A stretch of DNA of 64,000 bases. It comes from Oopsacas minuta. Taxonomy: Eukaryota > Animalia > Porifera. The notes below the pieces were generated by a model. The model was not told where the DNA came from, searched no databases, and saw only the letters and a program-made list of their open reading frames with translations. Position numbers and translations under genes: made by a program. Within the stretch, counting starts at the first letter, position 1. Each line of letters starts with the position of its first letter. This document shows, piece after piece, positions 25,384-38,206 of the stretch. The stretch covers positions 1,623,627-1,687,626 of the forward strand of contig JAKMXF010000111.1 of assembly GCA_024704765.1 (NCBI GenBank). Reading direction: 5' to 3'.

Positions 25384-26431
25384 CTTTGGGATTAATTAAT
25401 AAATTCTGAACATCTATGCTAGTAGTACTCTAGGGGTTCGAATAAATGGCCCCATGCTTATTAATTTATAGATTTCTCACACTCCCCACGTTTATTCCAA
25501 CCCAATCCCCCAACCTTGATTTAATTTCGAATATTTACTCTAAATTCTATGAATAGATGAACATCTATCGTATGCAACTTTTCCAACCCACAGATTATTC
25601 AAACCCCTCGAGTATTTACCCAATTAAATAAAGTATCCACACATTCAAGTGGAAAGATCAATTTGCAAATAAAAATAGAAATCTTGTTAATATTTTACGC
25701 CTTAGCTATAGTATATATTAAACTCAATGTTTGTCCAAGTTTATTGAGGAACTGGTAAGAGCTACAAGCTTGAAAATGGTATGAGTGTATAATATGTACT
25801 ATATCTAAATGTCATTCAAATGTCTAAGAGAAATCTCCAACATCTCTGAGATAGGTGATAAAATACCTCGACATATATTTGAGTCTATCCAGTACATTTA
25901 GGCTGATAATTATAATCTATTTGGTGTATTTTGAATGTATAAGGAACGTAGTGATTTATATACATTATTAATACATATCAGAGATTGAAATTGATTGGCT
26001 TAGGGGCAATACATGTTTACATTCGAATCTGAAAACGAAATATAAGTCAGTGCGGGTGATGATTGTATAATTGAAAGAGCTGTCCGGAGTGCATTCGGCG
26101 GACACGAAGTGTTGCCAAGCAAGCTAAGTGGGTTTGTACTTTGGTTATAATACGTTATACGTTATCTATTTTAAAGTATTATACGTCTAGGTTAACCACG
26201 AAATATGAGATTTCGACATTGTTAGACTTGATAAGTCACATTATTATAAGTAATACATATTTTGGTAAACTATGTTGAGATTTCTCATTAACAATTCGAG
26301 AACTACTGTTTTCATGCAAATTATTTATTGCAGAAATCACCTTAATAGAAAGTTACGTCACCGAAAATTGTAGATTGAACGTATTATACGTAATACGTCT
26401 TCATTGAAAGACGTATTAAATAACTTATTTT

Positions 26432-27066
26432 CTGTCAGAGAACGTTTACATAGTATCCTAAAATTATAATTACACTCACAACGGTCTAACACTTACGAGT
26501 ACGTATATTTCGTTACAATTTATAAGGCATAAAAGGAATTTACAATACAAACATAAAATTTGGATTTTGAATCTAGAAGTAAAGAAGCATGTATAGGGTA
26601 TACATCTATTACTGGAGAAATATGTAATTCCAAAGAAGTGGTTTCTTTATGAAATTGCACTGATGAATAGCCTTGCCGATGTTTCTTGTCATTTTCAGAT
26701 GAGTTCGATGTTCTTGAGCCTGCTATAGGCCGCCTGTTTCTTCTCTTATTTATGTGTTTCTGAAGACGATTATATTTGCTGTTATGATACTTGTCTCTGG
26801 AAGATTTTTTCCACCACTTAGTTTTATATTGTTGTTTCTAGCAATATTTACGAGCCCTCTACATTCTACAAAATCTAGTTGTTTGAATGAGACAAGAAGT
26901 TCTCCAGTAATAGTTGTATATCCTGTACCTGCTTCCTTACTTCAAGATTCAAAATACAATTCTTTTTTTGCTTCATAAATTGTAACGAAATATACGTACT
27001 CAAAAGTATTAGACCGTTGTGAGTGTACTTATAATTTTAGAATATTATGTAAATGCACTCTGACAG
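26432..27066. mobile_element. Foldback element with imperfect arms of about 170-190 bp
   Basis: 26432-26620 is an imperfect reverse complement of 26898-27066 (e.g. CACTCACAACGGTCTAA / TTAGACCGTTGTGAGTG). Confidence 0.75.
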
Positions 27067-27907
27067 TATCAACATATAATTTAATTAAAATTCAATATAA
27101 AACGCACTTTGACTGCAACATATATTTATTATATCAAATCCACTAACCTGACTCCATCTCGACAGATTCGAATAAATTTGAGTATTTCTTGATATGGCTA
27201 TAAAGATAATAATAATAATAATAAATAATAGAGAGGATAGTAATGACAGTAAATTTAGCTAGAAATAGCTACAATTGCCATATAACTGAGGTTGTCTAGT
27301 TCATGCAAGATATTGCCTTCCAACTGCTTATATACCCACGTATATATGATTGTAATTGTAAAGAGAGTCGAATCATTTAATGAGGGAATAGATGTTATTA
27401 ATGGATACCGATTGAATGCATAATTGTTAGAAATAAATGTGAATAAGTTATTGAATAAAGAAAGCAAGAATATTAGAGGCTTCTCCTATATCATAGGTTA
27501 ATACACAATTGAATCTATGTGAAGTAGGGATACCAGAGTAAATTTGGTTGATCTACTTTGCCATGTAGGAACAACTGAGATAGGCAACTCAACTAAAGCA
27601 AGCATGAAGCCCTGGGGCAAGCTCGCGATAATACCGAGTAACATACATCAACAAGTGAATCATTGTTTTCTAATATAATTGTTTGTGTCGGAACTCTAAT
27701 TGTATTTTAACTTTACCTTAGATCAAGTAGAAGTACTATATCAAGAAAAATAATGACTTCAAGGTTAAGAAAGATTTGAGGAATTCTATTATATTTATGG
27801 TACACTAAGACGGTTTCATTGCCAGGTTGCTTCAAATCACTGCAGGGTTGATAAAATTATGAATTAAACCCCCCCCTTTTGTATTTAAATCAGATCTTTT
27901 ACTATAA

Positions 27908-28449
27908 TCTATATTATTAAATCTCAATGATTGTCTGTTTGTTTGTTTGTTTGTTTGTTTGTCCCTTGTCAAGGAAGGGATTTACGGTATGCAATTTTGA
28001 AATTGTCGCACAACTATGTATTTATCTTGTTTATCAAGGAAGTAAAAGAATTCAATAAAACTTCACTAAATATATCGAACATGCTGAATCCGATTTTCAC
28101 ACTTTTGGATTAATCATATGTAAATTTATTGTTGTTTTTATGAATATAAAGTAAACAAATTTCAATATTGTGGTGGAATCATACTTTCAACGACTATACT
28201 GTGTCCGAATATGATATTGTAAACAATATACTGTGAATATTTGTTTACTTTTAGGTACATAAAGTAAACAAATTTGAAAATTGAGGTAGAATCATACATC
28301 ATGGGTTCAACGACTATACTGGGGTAATCGAGTATGCTGAGTTTGAATATTGTAAACAACATCAATATTATTAAATCTCAATTGTTGTTTGTCTGTTTGT
28401 TTGTCCGTTGAATACTTCGAGGCGCAATGCGAAAGGGCTAAAGGCTCGT
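27908..28449 (+). mobile_element. Helitron-like non-autonomous repeat with a (GTTT)n microsatellite
   Basis: 5' TCTATATTATTAAATCTCAAT followed by (GTTT)n, internal GCTGAATCCGA...AATATAAAGTAAACAAAT modules, and a 3' GC-rich segment ending CTCGT. Confidence 0.55.
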
Positions 28450-31400
28450 TATTACTTAAAATCTATTACTAGGTTCTTAGGCCATGTAAAATAAATTACT
28501 TGTTTCTCATCCGGATTTCTTCGGAAACTGGAACGGCGGGCGGTAATATATACTTAAATTTTTATGCCAGTTAATGTGTAAAATAATTTGACCCTTCGAT
28601 TATTATCTCATCACATTCTGTCTGGGCATAAAAATATTCAATTTTTCCACTAAAATGTGAATTGCACAATCTGTGACCAAAGAATTATCCATAAATTTGG
28701 AAAAATACAAATAAAAACTTTCCGGACTGAGGACAAAATTTGGGACGGGCGAGGATGAGAACGCTTTATTGAAGCTATCTAACGAGCAAACGAAGTACAC
28801 TATCAAACTAAAAATTTAAAACATGATTTTATTAATAAAATTCATTGAGTTAAAATAGGAATTAATAGATATCAGCGCATCCAGCGGCTACTTCTGAGAT
28901 TGTTCATAAATATAAGAGTAAGTAATCGTAACCTAAATTGAAACAAATAAATTTCTGACTTAAAAGACAAAATGAACATTGTATTAATGTCATCAATGCA
29001 AATGACTCAATCTGGTACGGTAGTGGAAAATGGTGAAAAACGGCTGAACCCACTATTAAACAATGGAAATTGCTTAATGGTGGATCCTGGCGGAATTTGA
29101 TAAGGGCACCAAAACATACACAAATGAATAACATCAAATGTTTAACATTGACCATAAATCTCTGATAGGGATCTATTCGTCGGATTAGCGTTCATTTGCC
29201 CCTCCAACGACGCAAATTGACAATCTCCCCAATTTCTCTCATGGCTGTTATTGACTTGAGAGAAGCATACTAATATGTATATACTGAGCCGCGTATATCA
29301 AGTCTATAAACTTCATGTTAACTGATTACTGCCGAAGTGTTAAGTTCATAACAAAAAGTAACACAAAAAATTACCACTTCCCTTTAACCTATTCCCGCAC
29401 CAAAATCGAGATTTTAGCACCTTTTTGGCGTCATAAAATGACACATTTTGACGGCAGTATTCATTTAAATGAACTAAGCTAAATGTTCCGGGATATATTT
29501 TATAGAGGGATATCCATATTACACGGTCCCTACTGAATATATACCATCCTTCATCAAGTTTAGGCGCCATAATGCAATGACGTCATATGTATACATCTTG
29601 AGTATTTTTCTACTTTTATACCAAAAAAATTAAATAATTTCCAGATTGATATTGGTTGATTGAATTTGTCGTTTACTTCACAATCAAGATAAATACAAGA
29701 TCGAAGATAGCTTATTGGAAGAAAGATTACACAATTTATGCCTATGACATGAAATAATAAATTATCAAAAATCTATTTATAAGTTAAACAAAAAACATGA
29801 AAATGAGGGAAGAAATGAATTTTAAAGCAAATGTGCGGAATATTTATACAGTATGGATGAATAGAAGACATTATTCCAAGGAAATATTAGTAATTTTATT
29901 AGTTATTTTTACAATATGATGCCATATTTGAATTGAGCCTAGACTTGATGAAGGATGGCCGTTTGAACTTTTCAGTAGTCGTAATTGATTTCGTGAATAT
30001 ATTTTACCTAAAAAGGTTCAATTCGCAAGCATTGGAGGCTTAATTTTCATTTATGAAAATTATAAAACTGGACTCCTATTTTTACTATGATTCGGCAGCA
30101 TGTATTTCCGTATTTTAGTAGGCCATGGGTCAGCATAAATTCATCAAACTGCTGGAATTTATGCTGAACTAATCTGATGAAAAGATGATCTGAAAGCAAT
30201 TGAATTAGCTAGCATACATTGACAGCATCTGCGATTTCGAAACCGGACTATATTTATAATAGCAGGCAAAGGTTGACAAAGGGCATATCTAGATTGCCTC
30301 TAGTCCTTAAAATGTTCTCCATGAGGCCCCAAGATCAGTTTCTTCATGCTTTTATCACAATTAGCACGATATGCTAAGTGCCCTGACTATTAATACAGCC
30401 GAGAGAATATAATATAGGGACCGTAAAGAATGATACCGAAACTCATTTTGGCAGTTTGGCTCTTGGACTATATAAATATAACCTATAATTAATACCTAGG
30501 GCATTACAGGGGCGGCGCAACGGTCAGGCCCATATTCTGATCACTTTTTGCCATGGCCTGTTCTATTGTATGGCCGGGCCTGACAACCGCTATTTTTCAC
30601 CTTTCGCCGCCCTTGCATTTGTATCGTGCGATCAATCACGATCGTGATCAATTTTTAACGATCGAAGGATGATCGCAGATCATTTTATAAATACTGATCG
30701 AATGGAAGATTGCGATCACATTTTCGATTATTTAGGCAGACAAAATTTGAAAATTTGCGAATCTAGACCCCAAAAATGTAGATCAAAACGTATGTATTAA
30801 TTTTTTCATGGCAATCGACAGATTTCACACGGCCGCGGGAACGGATGGAGGGACGGAAGTAATAGAGCATCTCTATATGAGTGCTTATAAATTTCAGAAA
30901 AGTGATCGGAACACAATCGTGAATGTGATCGCGATCCTTGTTGGAGCAAGAATAAGGATCACGATAATAAATTTGGCGATCGACCAATAACCTATTAATA
31001 TCTTGTTTGGTCTTCAATTTTGACCATCTATTAAGTGTTTTAACAGGTTCTATGTCAAATTATGCGAAAGCTTTTTGCAAGAGTTTGGTAAATTGGTGAG
31101 TATATCTAAGAATGCAATTTTGGAGGTGGCTGTTTTGGCAATATAATCAGGGTGCGGTTGGGGAGAACTTTGAAAGCTTAGCTTAACATGCAAGTCATTT
31201 GTAATGTGAATAAAAATCTCTCATCTGAGCTATTCCCTGAATGATTTCCCGCACGATATGTAATGAAGCCAAATTCAGTTATACAAAGAGTTAAATACTG
31301 ATAGTCTTTGACTGTAGAAATGTACTTTAAAGTGTTTATTAGTATTTATGCATTAAAATAATGATTAGTCTTTGGCTCGTCGCTTTGTGCCTTGGTATAC

Positions 31401-32047
31401 TTTTGTTCCAAATTTATGGCCTAGTTGGGGCCGTACTCAGGTAACTTATATCAAATGAACTAAATTTTATTATAAGATTATTATATATTTTCATATGTGG
31501 AACTTGAAATGTGAATCTCAAATTGTAGCCGTTGAGAGCATAAAACAACAATTAAACACCAACCCTGTACATTAATTTGTAAAGAAGAAAAAGCACACAT
31601 CATTTGAATTGAAGAATGCGAAGACAGATTCTGCTGCTTAATTAACTAACAGATGGTGACCTTGAAAGTAAACAAATAATTATGAGGGATAAGTCTCATA
31701 GTTAGTAGCATACCATGGTTATGTATCACGAATAGTATTTGTTGTCCATGTGTGTACCTACCAAGGATAGATTAGTCCAATGCCTTGATTCTACATATTG
31801 AACCCAGCGAAACAATGAATGCTATTGTATATTTAAGTGAGCTTGTGCTCAGATAAATACACTGGTTTGGGCTAATTGCCCCCAAATCAGTCCTGAACCT
31901 GTGCGATCGCACGATCCACAAGTGCCGTAATTACATACAATTTGATTTTATGAATTATCGAATTAAGAAATTACATGTCAGTTCGGCTTGTAGAACAGAA
32001 TTCTCAGAGAAATATAACCTTTTCATTGGGATTAGTGTAATTATCAA

Positions 32048-32731
32048 TTAGAGCTCTCGGTTTTCTTGTAAAGAGAGACGGGTTGGTATCTGTAAGTCAA
32101 TATCTGTACTTAAATCAACTCTCCTACATTTTATTTCTCTTTTACTACGGTTACATTTATTATGTTCCATTCTAATTAATTTAATTTCCTTCATTAGTTT
32201 GCAAACAGTCTTCACAACCTCTCTGTTTATTCTATTCTGCTCGAGGGGCGTTCGTTCTTGCCTGAGACCAACAAAAGATTGATAACATTCAGAAAATATG
32301 TTACTTACTTTACTTCCAGTGAAAGGTGTACGGGTATTCTCACTAATACTTTCACCATTCTTATTGTCAATGACTCCACTATCAGGAAAGTCGAAGAACC
32401 CCAGCTGAGAAGCGGGGGCTAAAGGTTTAGGAATCTTTAGCATTGATAGAACAGGCCTCAAGAATTTGAGTTTTTTCCGATGAGGATGATGAGAACCGTT
32501 TTTATTCATTATCCCAAAACCAGAATTTCTTTGATCGGTTCGTTTAACTAAGAAGCGCGAATCTGTGTCTACTCGAGAGACACAAAGAGGCGAGTTCAAC
32601 TGGGAGGGCAAATTTATTTCACGAGAACTGGATTCGTCTTGCGAAGAGAAGCTGAGGTTAACATTAATGAGTTTAATAGACATATATTTTACTTTAGAAA
32701 AAAATATCATAGATGTAGGTTTGAATGTCAT
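32048..32731 (-). CDS. Hypothetical basic protein, possibly a terminal exon
   Basis: 227 open codons in AT-rich DNA with no recognisable domain. A possible acceptor CGCAAG|A lies at 32637 after the AT-rich N-terminal part. Confidence 0.5.
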   Translation of the reverse strand: MTFKPTSMIFFSKVKYMSIKLINVNLSFSSQDESSSREINLPSQLNSPLCVSRVDTDSRFLVKRTDQRNSGFGIMNKNGSHHPHRKKLKFLRPVLSMLKIPKPLAPASQLGFFDFPDSGVIDNKNGESISENTRTPFTGSKVSNIFSECYQSFVGLRQERTPLEQNRINREVVKTVCKLMKEIKLIRMEHNKCNRSKREIKCRRVDLSTDIDLQIPTRLSLQENREL

Positions 32732-33619
32732 ATTTCAACAAGAATTCCAGCGGTTGGCATTACTCTTTATCATTAGATAGGATTAAAGGTTCTACTACTA
32801 CTAGTATATCTCTAAGGAATTAGATGAAATTCGTTTACAGGATTTCAGATAACATTAAAATCATCAATTCAAAAGGAAATGTATGTTTGATATACTTTAG
32901 CCGAATAATAATACAAAGAAATATTCCACAATAATTAACAAATAAAAGGTCCAAGGAGCACTGCTTTTCCACCCCTAACCTGGATAATCTAAAGAATATT
33001 ATCAAAAGATAGAGTAATGTGAGGCTTTGATTTGCATTCTTCAATATATGTATTGTGCTGAGAGTGTTGCATATTTTATAATTAACACTTCACAATCTGC
33101 TAATTAATGGTATTCAGGATCAATCTTTATATTGCGTCGTATTCACAAATGTAAAAGTAGTACATTGCTCGTATATTTGCCTTGCGGAATCTAATTATTG
33201 GAGATATATAGTTTTCCCTATGAAAAAAGTTCAGCATTATCCAAAACTTTCACCCCAGAGTTGCATGCGAGCCGAAAATTGTAACCGCGGCCGGTAGAAC
33301 CCGCAGATATCTTAGACTCTCTTTGTATACTACTTACTATAAAATATAAGTGTGTATCAAAATGTGATAAGTCCTGCTAGATGAGCAGCAGCTATAAACA
33401 ATGTACTTGATTTTATGAAAGAGAATTATTTACCAAATTAAGAGCGGAATAAACACTTCCTTTTGCCATATATATATGTGCTTGGTTCCAAACGAAGGAC
33501 ACCTGGTCACCCTGATTAATATGGAAGAGAGGCTTAAAATAACCACAGGGTGATGTCTATTAGGCTTATGTGTGTGTATATCCAGGACAATCTTAATATA
33601 CAATTATTAAAACTCAATT

Positions 33620-33621
<2 letters not shown>

Positions 33622-33682
<61 letters not shown>
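33622..33682. repeat. (TG)30 microsatellite
   Basis: Direct reading of the sequence. Confidence 0.97.
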
Positions 33683-33690
<8 letters not shown>

Positions 33691-33856
33691 GTGTTTGTCC
33701 GCTTTGTATTATAATAATATGGGAAGGCGATGTGCGTATATAATATAGGGAATAACATATCCTTCTATTGACGATATAGGAAAATAAAACAATTGCACTG
33801 GAGTAATCGAGTACGCGAGTATGCTGATTCCTATTTCACACTATCGAATTCATGTA

Positions 33857-34311
33857 CAGTGGAGTTCGCTTATTTACACGAAAAATTTGCTCATAAGCGA
33901 ACTTACTATAGAGCAACTCAATCAATTTGCTAAATACTATTGTTGTGTGTATTTGTACATACTTATATGTGATAATATATTACGTATAATGTTATTGTAG
34001 TACAATTACGAGAAAGCTTCTACTTAATTCAAAAGCAACCACAATTTCCTCTAAAATGAAGAATGTAAATTAGCTTTATAGCAAGTTCTTGCAAATAAAC
34101 GAACTAAAGGTTCCCTTATTAAGTTATTAGCAAGTAGTGTTTTTATGAGAAAACTTGCTTATAGGCGAACTTGCTAATAAGGGAACATAATTAATGCAAT
34201 TTGGGCCAGTGTGACCCTAAAACATGTGCTAATAAGCGAACTTGTTTATACATAAATCCCTATACCTTTGTTCCGTGCACTGAAAATCTTGCTAATAGAC
34301 GAACTCTACTG
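33857..34311. mobile_element. pogo/Tigger-type MITE nested in a Helitron-like repeat
   Basis: TA|CAGTGGAGTTCGCTTATT ... AATAGACGAACTCTACTG|TA. Confidence 0.85.
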
Positions 34312-34901
34312 TAAATGTATTTGTTGTCCTTATGAATATAAAGTAAACAAATAGTTGATCTCGAAATATACTTAGAGACCTGATCTCAACAGAAATATAA
34401 GGGTAATCAAGTATGCTGAATCCGAATTTGGCATGTTCAAGTTTTCATATGTAATTATTGTTTTTATGAATATAAAGTAAATATAGTTGAAATATTAATT
34501 TATTAATCAATTTTCAATTTTCAATTTTATAATTTTGCTAAATTCGAAGTACGAAGTGCCAGTAATGTGAACACAAAGTGTTCACAAGCGAAGCGGCTCG
34601 TATAGAATAATTTGGCTCTCTAATTGTCCATCAGTGCGCAATGGGGTCCGAGGGGAACATTTACAGAATTCGAAGTAGATAACGACTACTAGATTTGTGT
34701 AATTTTAAGTGGACAATTAGAGAGGACCCACTGTTATTGAAAAGAGATTATTCTGAAATATTGTCGGACTGTATTAGAAATACATACTTGTGGTAGGTAA
34801 GTTTTTCTAAATAATTTAAATGAAAAAGAGTTATGTTATATAATCTACTTAATTCATCATTATTTTTGATATAGCTATTATCGGTTAGCGCAAACACTGA
34901 A

Positions 34902-36491
34902 ATGAGTAGCATAAGCATACTATCCGAATTAGATATTGGCAGAAGGTGTTGCTGTGGGGAGGATTATGGGGTCATTCGTTTCATTGGAGATGTAGAAGAT
35001 TCGAAAGGAACATGGGTGGGTATAGAATGGGATAAAGTGGAAAGGGGAAAACACAACGGAAGCTTGAAAGGAAAGCAATATTTCATTTGTAAGAAGGAAG
35101 AAAACTGCGCTTCATTCCTAAGGCCTAAAAAGTTGTCTTTAGGAATGAGTCTACCTGAAGCGTTATTGCATCGCTACACAAACGTAGATCCTGAGGGTTA
35201 TATGGAAGAGAGCGAAAGACTAATTGTAGGAAACAAGGGAGGGGCAGTAAAAGTAGAGTTGGTTGGTATGGACAGTGTTTTTGAAGAGAGATCAAAATTA
35301 TGCGAGCTTAAAATCGTTTCTCTTATTAACATGAAGATCTCAAATGCTGGGTCTCCAGGAGAACTAGCACAGTTAGCCCCTAATATTGCCACATTGGAAT
35401 TAGTCGGAAATAAGATGCTACCAGACTGGAAAACCATATCTCTCATTGCGCAGCAACTGAATTCACTCACATCTCTAGATCTTAGTGATACAAATCTAGA
35501 GCTTCCAGAAGACCCCCTCGTTCTAACTCCACGCCTTTCTCAACTCACAGAACTCTATTTGTGTTCAACTGGAATTTCATGGGATCGCGTGTGTGAAGTT
35601 TCCCATATGGTACCATTTTTGAGTAAACTCCACTTATGCTTTAACAATATTTCCATAATCACTACTCAACTGAAGTGTTTCACTAGCCTAGAACTGTTAA
35701 ACCTAGAGGAGAATGACCTGTGTGATTGGGAGCATATATTCTCACTGAAAACATATCCAAATCTTTCTACGTTGATACTAAATAATAATCAGTTGCCTGA
35801 TATACCTTATCACCTTGTAACAGGACATGAATCTATTCAATTTTCCTCTCTCTCTTCACTGTCCCTCAGAGATAATATGATAGGAAGTTGGTACACAGTA
35901 GACTTTATCAACTCTTACTTTAAACTGAAGGAGCTGAGAATTAAGAACAACCCAGTACTTAGCAATGTTTCTTCTCAACAGGCTCGTCAGTTCGTGATAG
36001 CTAGAATCGCAACTCTCACAATTCTCAATAATAGTCCAGTACCTCTTGCAGAAAGAATTGATGCAGAACGCTATTACCTATCTGCATTCTCAAGACAGTG
36101 GGTAGAGTCCTGTGATGAGAGTGGGTGTGTACCAGCTTCACATCCCTTTAGAAGAGAACACCCTCGATATCTTCTCTTGGTGAATGAGATAGGAGCTCCT
36201 GCGGATGCCAAGGCAGACGTACTTAAGGCTAATAGGTTCTATGACGTCACAATTTCAGCACCTAACTATCCAAATCTGAACACGCTTAAGAAGAAATTGC
36301 CGCACACGTTGACTATCCAGAAGCTTAAAGGTGTACTGCATAGACTCTACAAGATCGATCCAGCTGATCAGATGTTAAGTTATGTGCGAGAAGAATTTAA
36401 TTGTCCTGAAATAGAGATGGATGATACCTTGCGACCTCTCTCCTACTATGGCATGCAGTCGGGATACATAATACTTGTAAGGAGTAAGTAA
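34902..36491 (+). CDS. TBCE: Tubulin-specific chaperone E, intronless
   Basis: 529 aa. N-terminal CAP-Gly domain (GVIRFIG...WVGIEWDKVERGKHNG), central leucine-rich repeats, AERYYL motif and a C-terminal ubiquitin-like domain. Confidence 0.95.
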   Translation: MSSISILSELDIGRRCCCGEDYGVIRFIGDVEDSKGTWVGIEWDKVERGKHNGSLKGKQYFICKKEENCASFLRPKKLSLGMSLPEALLHRYTNVDPEGYMEESERLIVGNKGGAVKVELVGMDSVFEERSKLCELKIVSLINMKISNAGSPGELAQLAPNIATLELVGNKMLPDWKTISLIAQQLNSLTSLDLSDTNLELPEDPLVLTPRLSQLTELYLCSTGISWDRVCEVSHMVPFLSKLHLCFNNISIITTQLKCFTSLELLNLEENDLCDWEHIFSLKTYPNLSTLILNNNQLPDIPYHLVTGHESIQFSSLSSLSLRDNMIGSWYTVDFINSYFKLKELRIKNNPVLSNVSSQQARQFVIARIATLTILNNSPVPLAERIDAERYYLSAFSRQWVESCDESGCVPASHPFRREHPRYLLLVNEIGAPADAKADVLKANRFYDVTISAPNYPNLNTLKKKLPHTLTIQKLKGVLHRLYKIDPADQMLSYVREEFNCPEIEMDDTLRPLSYYGMQSGYIILVRSK

Positions 36492-36644
36492 CTTAAAAAG
36501 GAAATTGGGGTTTGATAAATTAATTATGGATTTAAAGCATTAGATGTCTGACCTTCTATTATACATTTACTGTTAATCAATTCCATAATTGTGGTTAGAC
36601 TTTGATTGAGAGTATTTCATATTAAATATAAAAAAGTATATTAA

Positions 36645-37325
36645 GGCCATGTAAAATAAATTACTATTTCTCATCCATTGTTTTCTGCGAAATAGGGCGG
36701 GGGGGCATTTTATTTTATTTTTTGCTTAGCGTAATTTTACTAATTTATTTAAACTATCTCGTTAATACGAATTTCTGATAAGACGAACAATATTCGTACA
36801 TAATCAGGTCCCTACAACCGTACTTCAATGGATATTACTCCGGTTTATGAACTCCGGAAAGGCGAATAAATTTTAACCGTACGGTACGTTGGTGCTCATA
36901 TTAAGCTTACACTGTATATGGGAGAACTAATATTCACTTCCTCTCTATAATCTGAATTATTGTACAATTTAAATAATAATAATAAAACTTTAGTGCAGAC
37001 CCCAGGGCTGATTTTTGCTATCCAGGGAGGGGTATTTGGGCCTGACTCGGACAGGTTTGAGTCTTGGACGAAAATTCACACCTGACGAAATTATGATGCC
37101 ATTGCCACCTTTTTGGATTTTCGAAAAATCACATGGTTATCCACACTGCTCAGCGACCTAGCAAGCGAAGGGCGCTAGTGTTAAATAATTAGCTTGTTTC
37201 GAAGATGCTCATCTGCGAATATAAGTATTAAATAAAGATATGTATTAAAATAAAAAAAATTGCCAAGGAGGGAGATTAAATGGGGCGGGCGGGGATGATA
37301 AATAAGTATATTATTTTATATGGCC
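36645..37325. mobile_element. PIF/Harbinger-like MITE; a partial second copy starts at 28480
   Basis: TAA|GGCCATGTAAAATAA ... TTATTTTATATGGCC|TAA (3-bp TAA duplication). The copy at 28480 is preceded by TTA. Confidence 0.7.
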
Positions 37326-38100
37326 TAAACGTGTTTTACACTTGTAGCCGTATCAATATAAATTACAAGTGTATGGGAAACGGGATGTAGTACATAAGCC
37401 CTGGAATTATTTGACAAAAACTCTCGCGACAATCGAGCTTTAAGTAATTATTGGCCAAAATGTGGCATCCATGGTGTCTAACATACATCAATAACGTCAC
37501 TAGTGTATAATTACTAAAATATTATATTTCGTATAATACATTCCTAGAAACACACTAGTGTTTGTTTATCAGAGCTTTAAAATTTAACCAAACAAATGAC
37601 GTCATTTCATTTCAACTGGAAATAGTTGGATGGCATGACATGGCCTGTGTCTTGTGATAATTATGACCTATCAATAATACATTCATTCGAGCAAAAATCT
37701 CCAATTAGATATTATCTATATTCTAGGACAATAAGATTGCCTATCATATTATTAGAAAATGACTCCGGTTAATCGGACCAACACCTTAAAATGGCCTGGT
37801 CCCGATGTGACCTCTGTGACGTAGTTTATACAGCACGAAGGAGTCGAGTTTATCGTGAAGCGACGAGCATTTGACTAGGACAAGTAATTAGGTAGCCATC
37901 AAAGATCTTATATTATCCAATATTGAAATACAAAGTAAAGAACCTGTTTAACGGCCACTACAGGATAAAGGCCATCTAATAATAAAAGTATAGTGAGGAG
38001 ATTTCAATACCAATCGACCTCGTATAGGGGCCACCTGCACTTGTACGTAGCGCCTGGCTGTTATAGACAAGTTTGACAATAAGTGATAATTACAGACTTA

Positions 38101-38206
38101 CAGTGGAACCTCGTTAATATGAATACCAACAGTACGAACACCAATAGTCAAAATTTTTCGTGTTATCAGGAAATTCTTATGAACCTTGATTAAAGAGGTT
38201 CCACTG
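38101..38206. mobile_element. 106-bp pogo-type MITE
   Basis: TA|CAGTGGAACCTC ... GAGGTTCCACTG|TG. Confidence 0.8.

Larger units (their letters stand above)
33591..34601 (+). mobile_element. Helitron-like repeat with a (TG)30 tract and a 3' hairpin
   Basis: Same head (ATTATTAAAACTCAAT...TTTGTCCG) and internal modules as the 27908 copy. Hairpin GTGAACAC-AAA-GTGTTCAC at 34567-34585, then GCGAAGCGGCTCGT. Confidence 0.55.

Noticed and set aside
25960-26130. Open minus-strand frames as additional 5' RIN exons
   Set aside because: No donor with the phase needed to join exon 25383 was found.
28960-29130. Coding-like plus-strand segment DSIWYGSGKW*KTAEPTIKQWKLLNGGSW
   Set aside because: Contains a stop and matches no family I can name; too weak to call.
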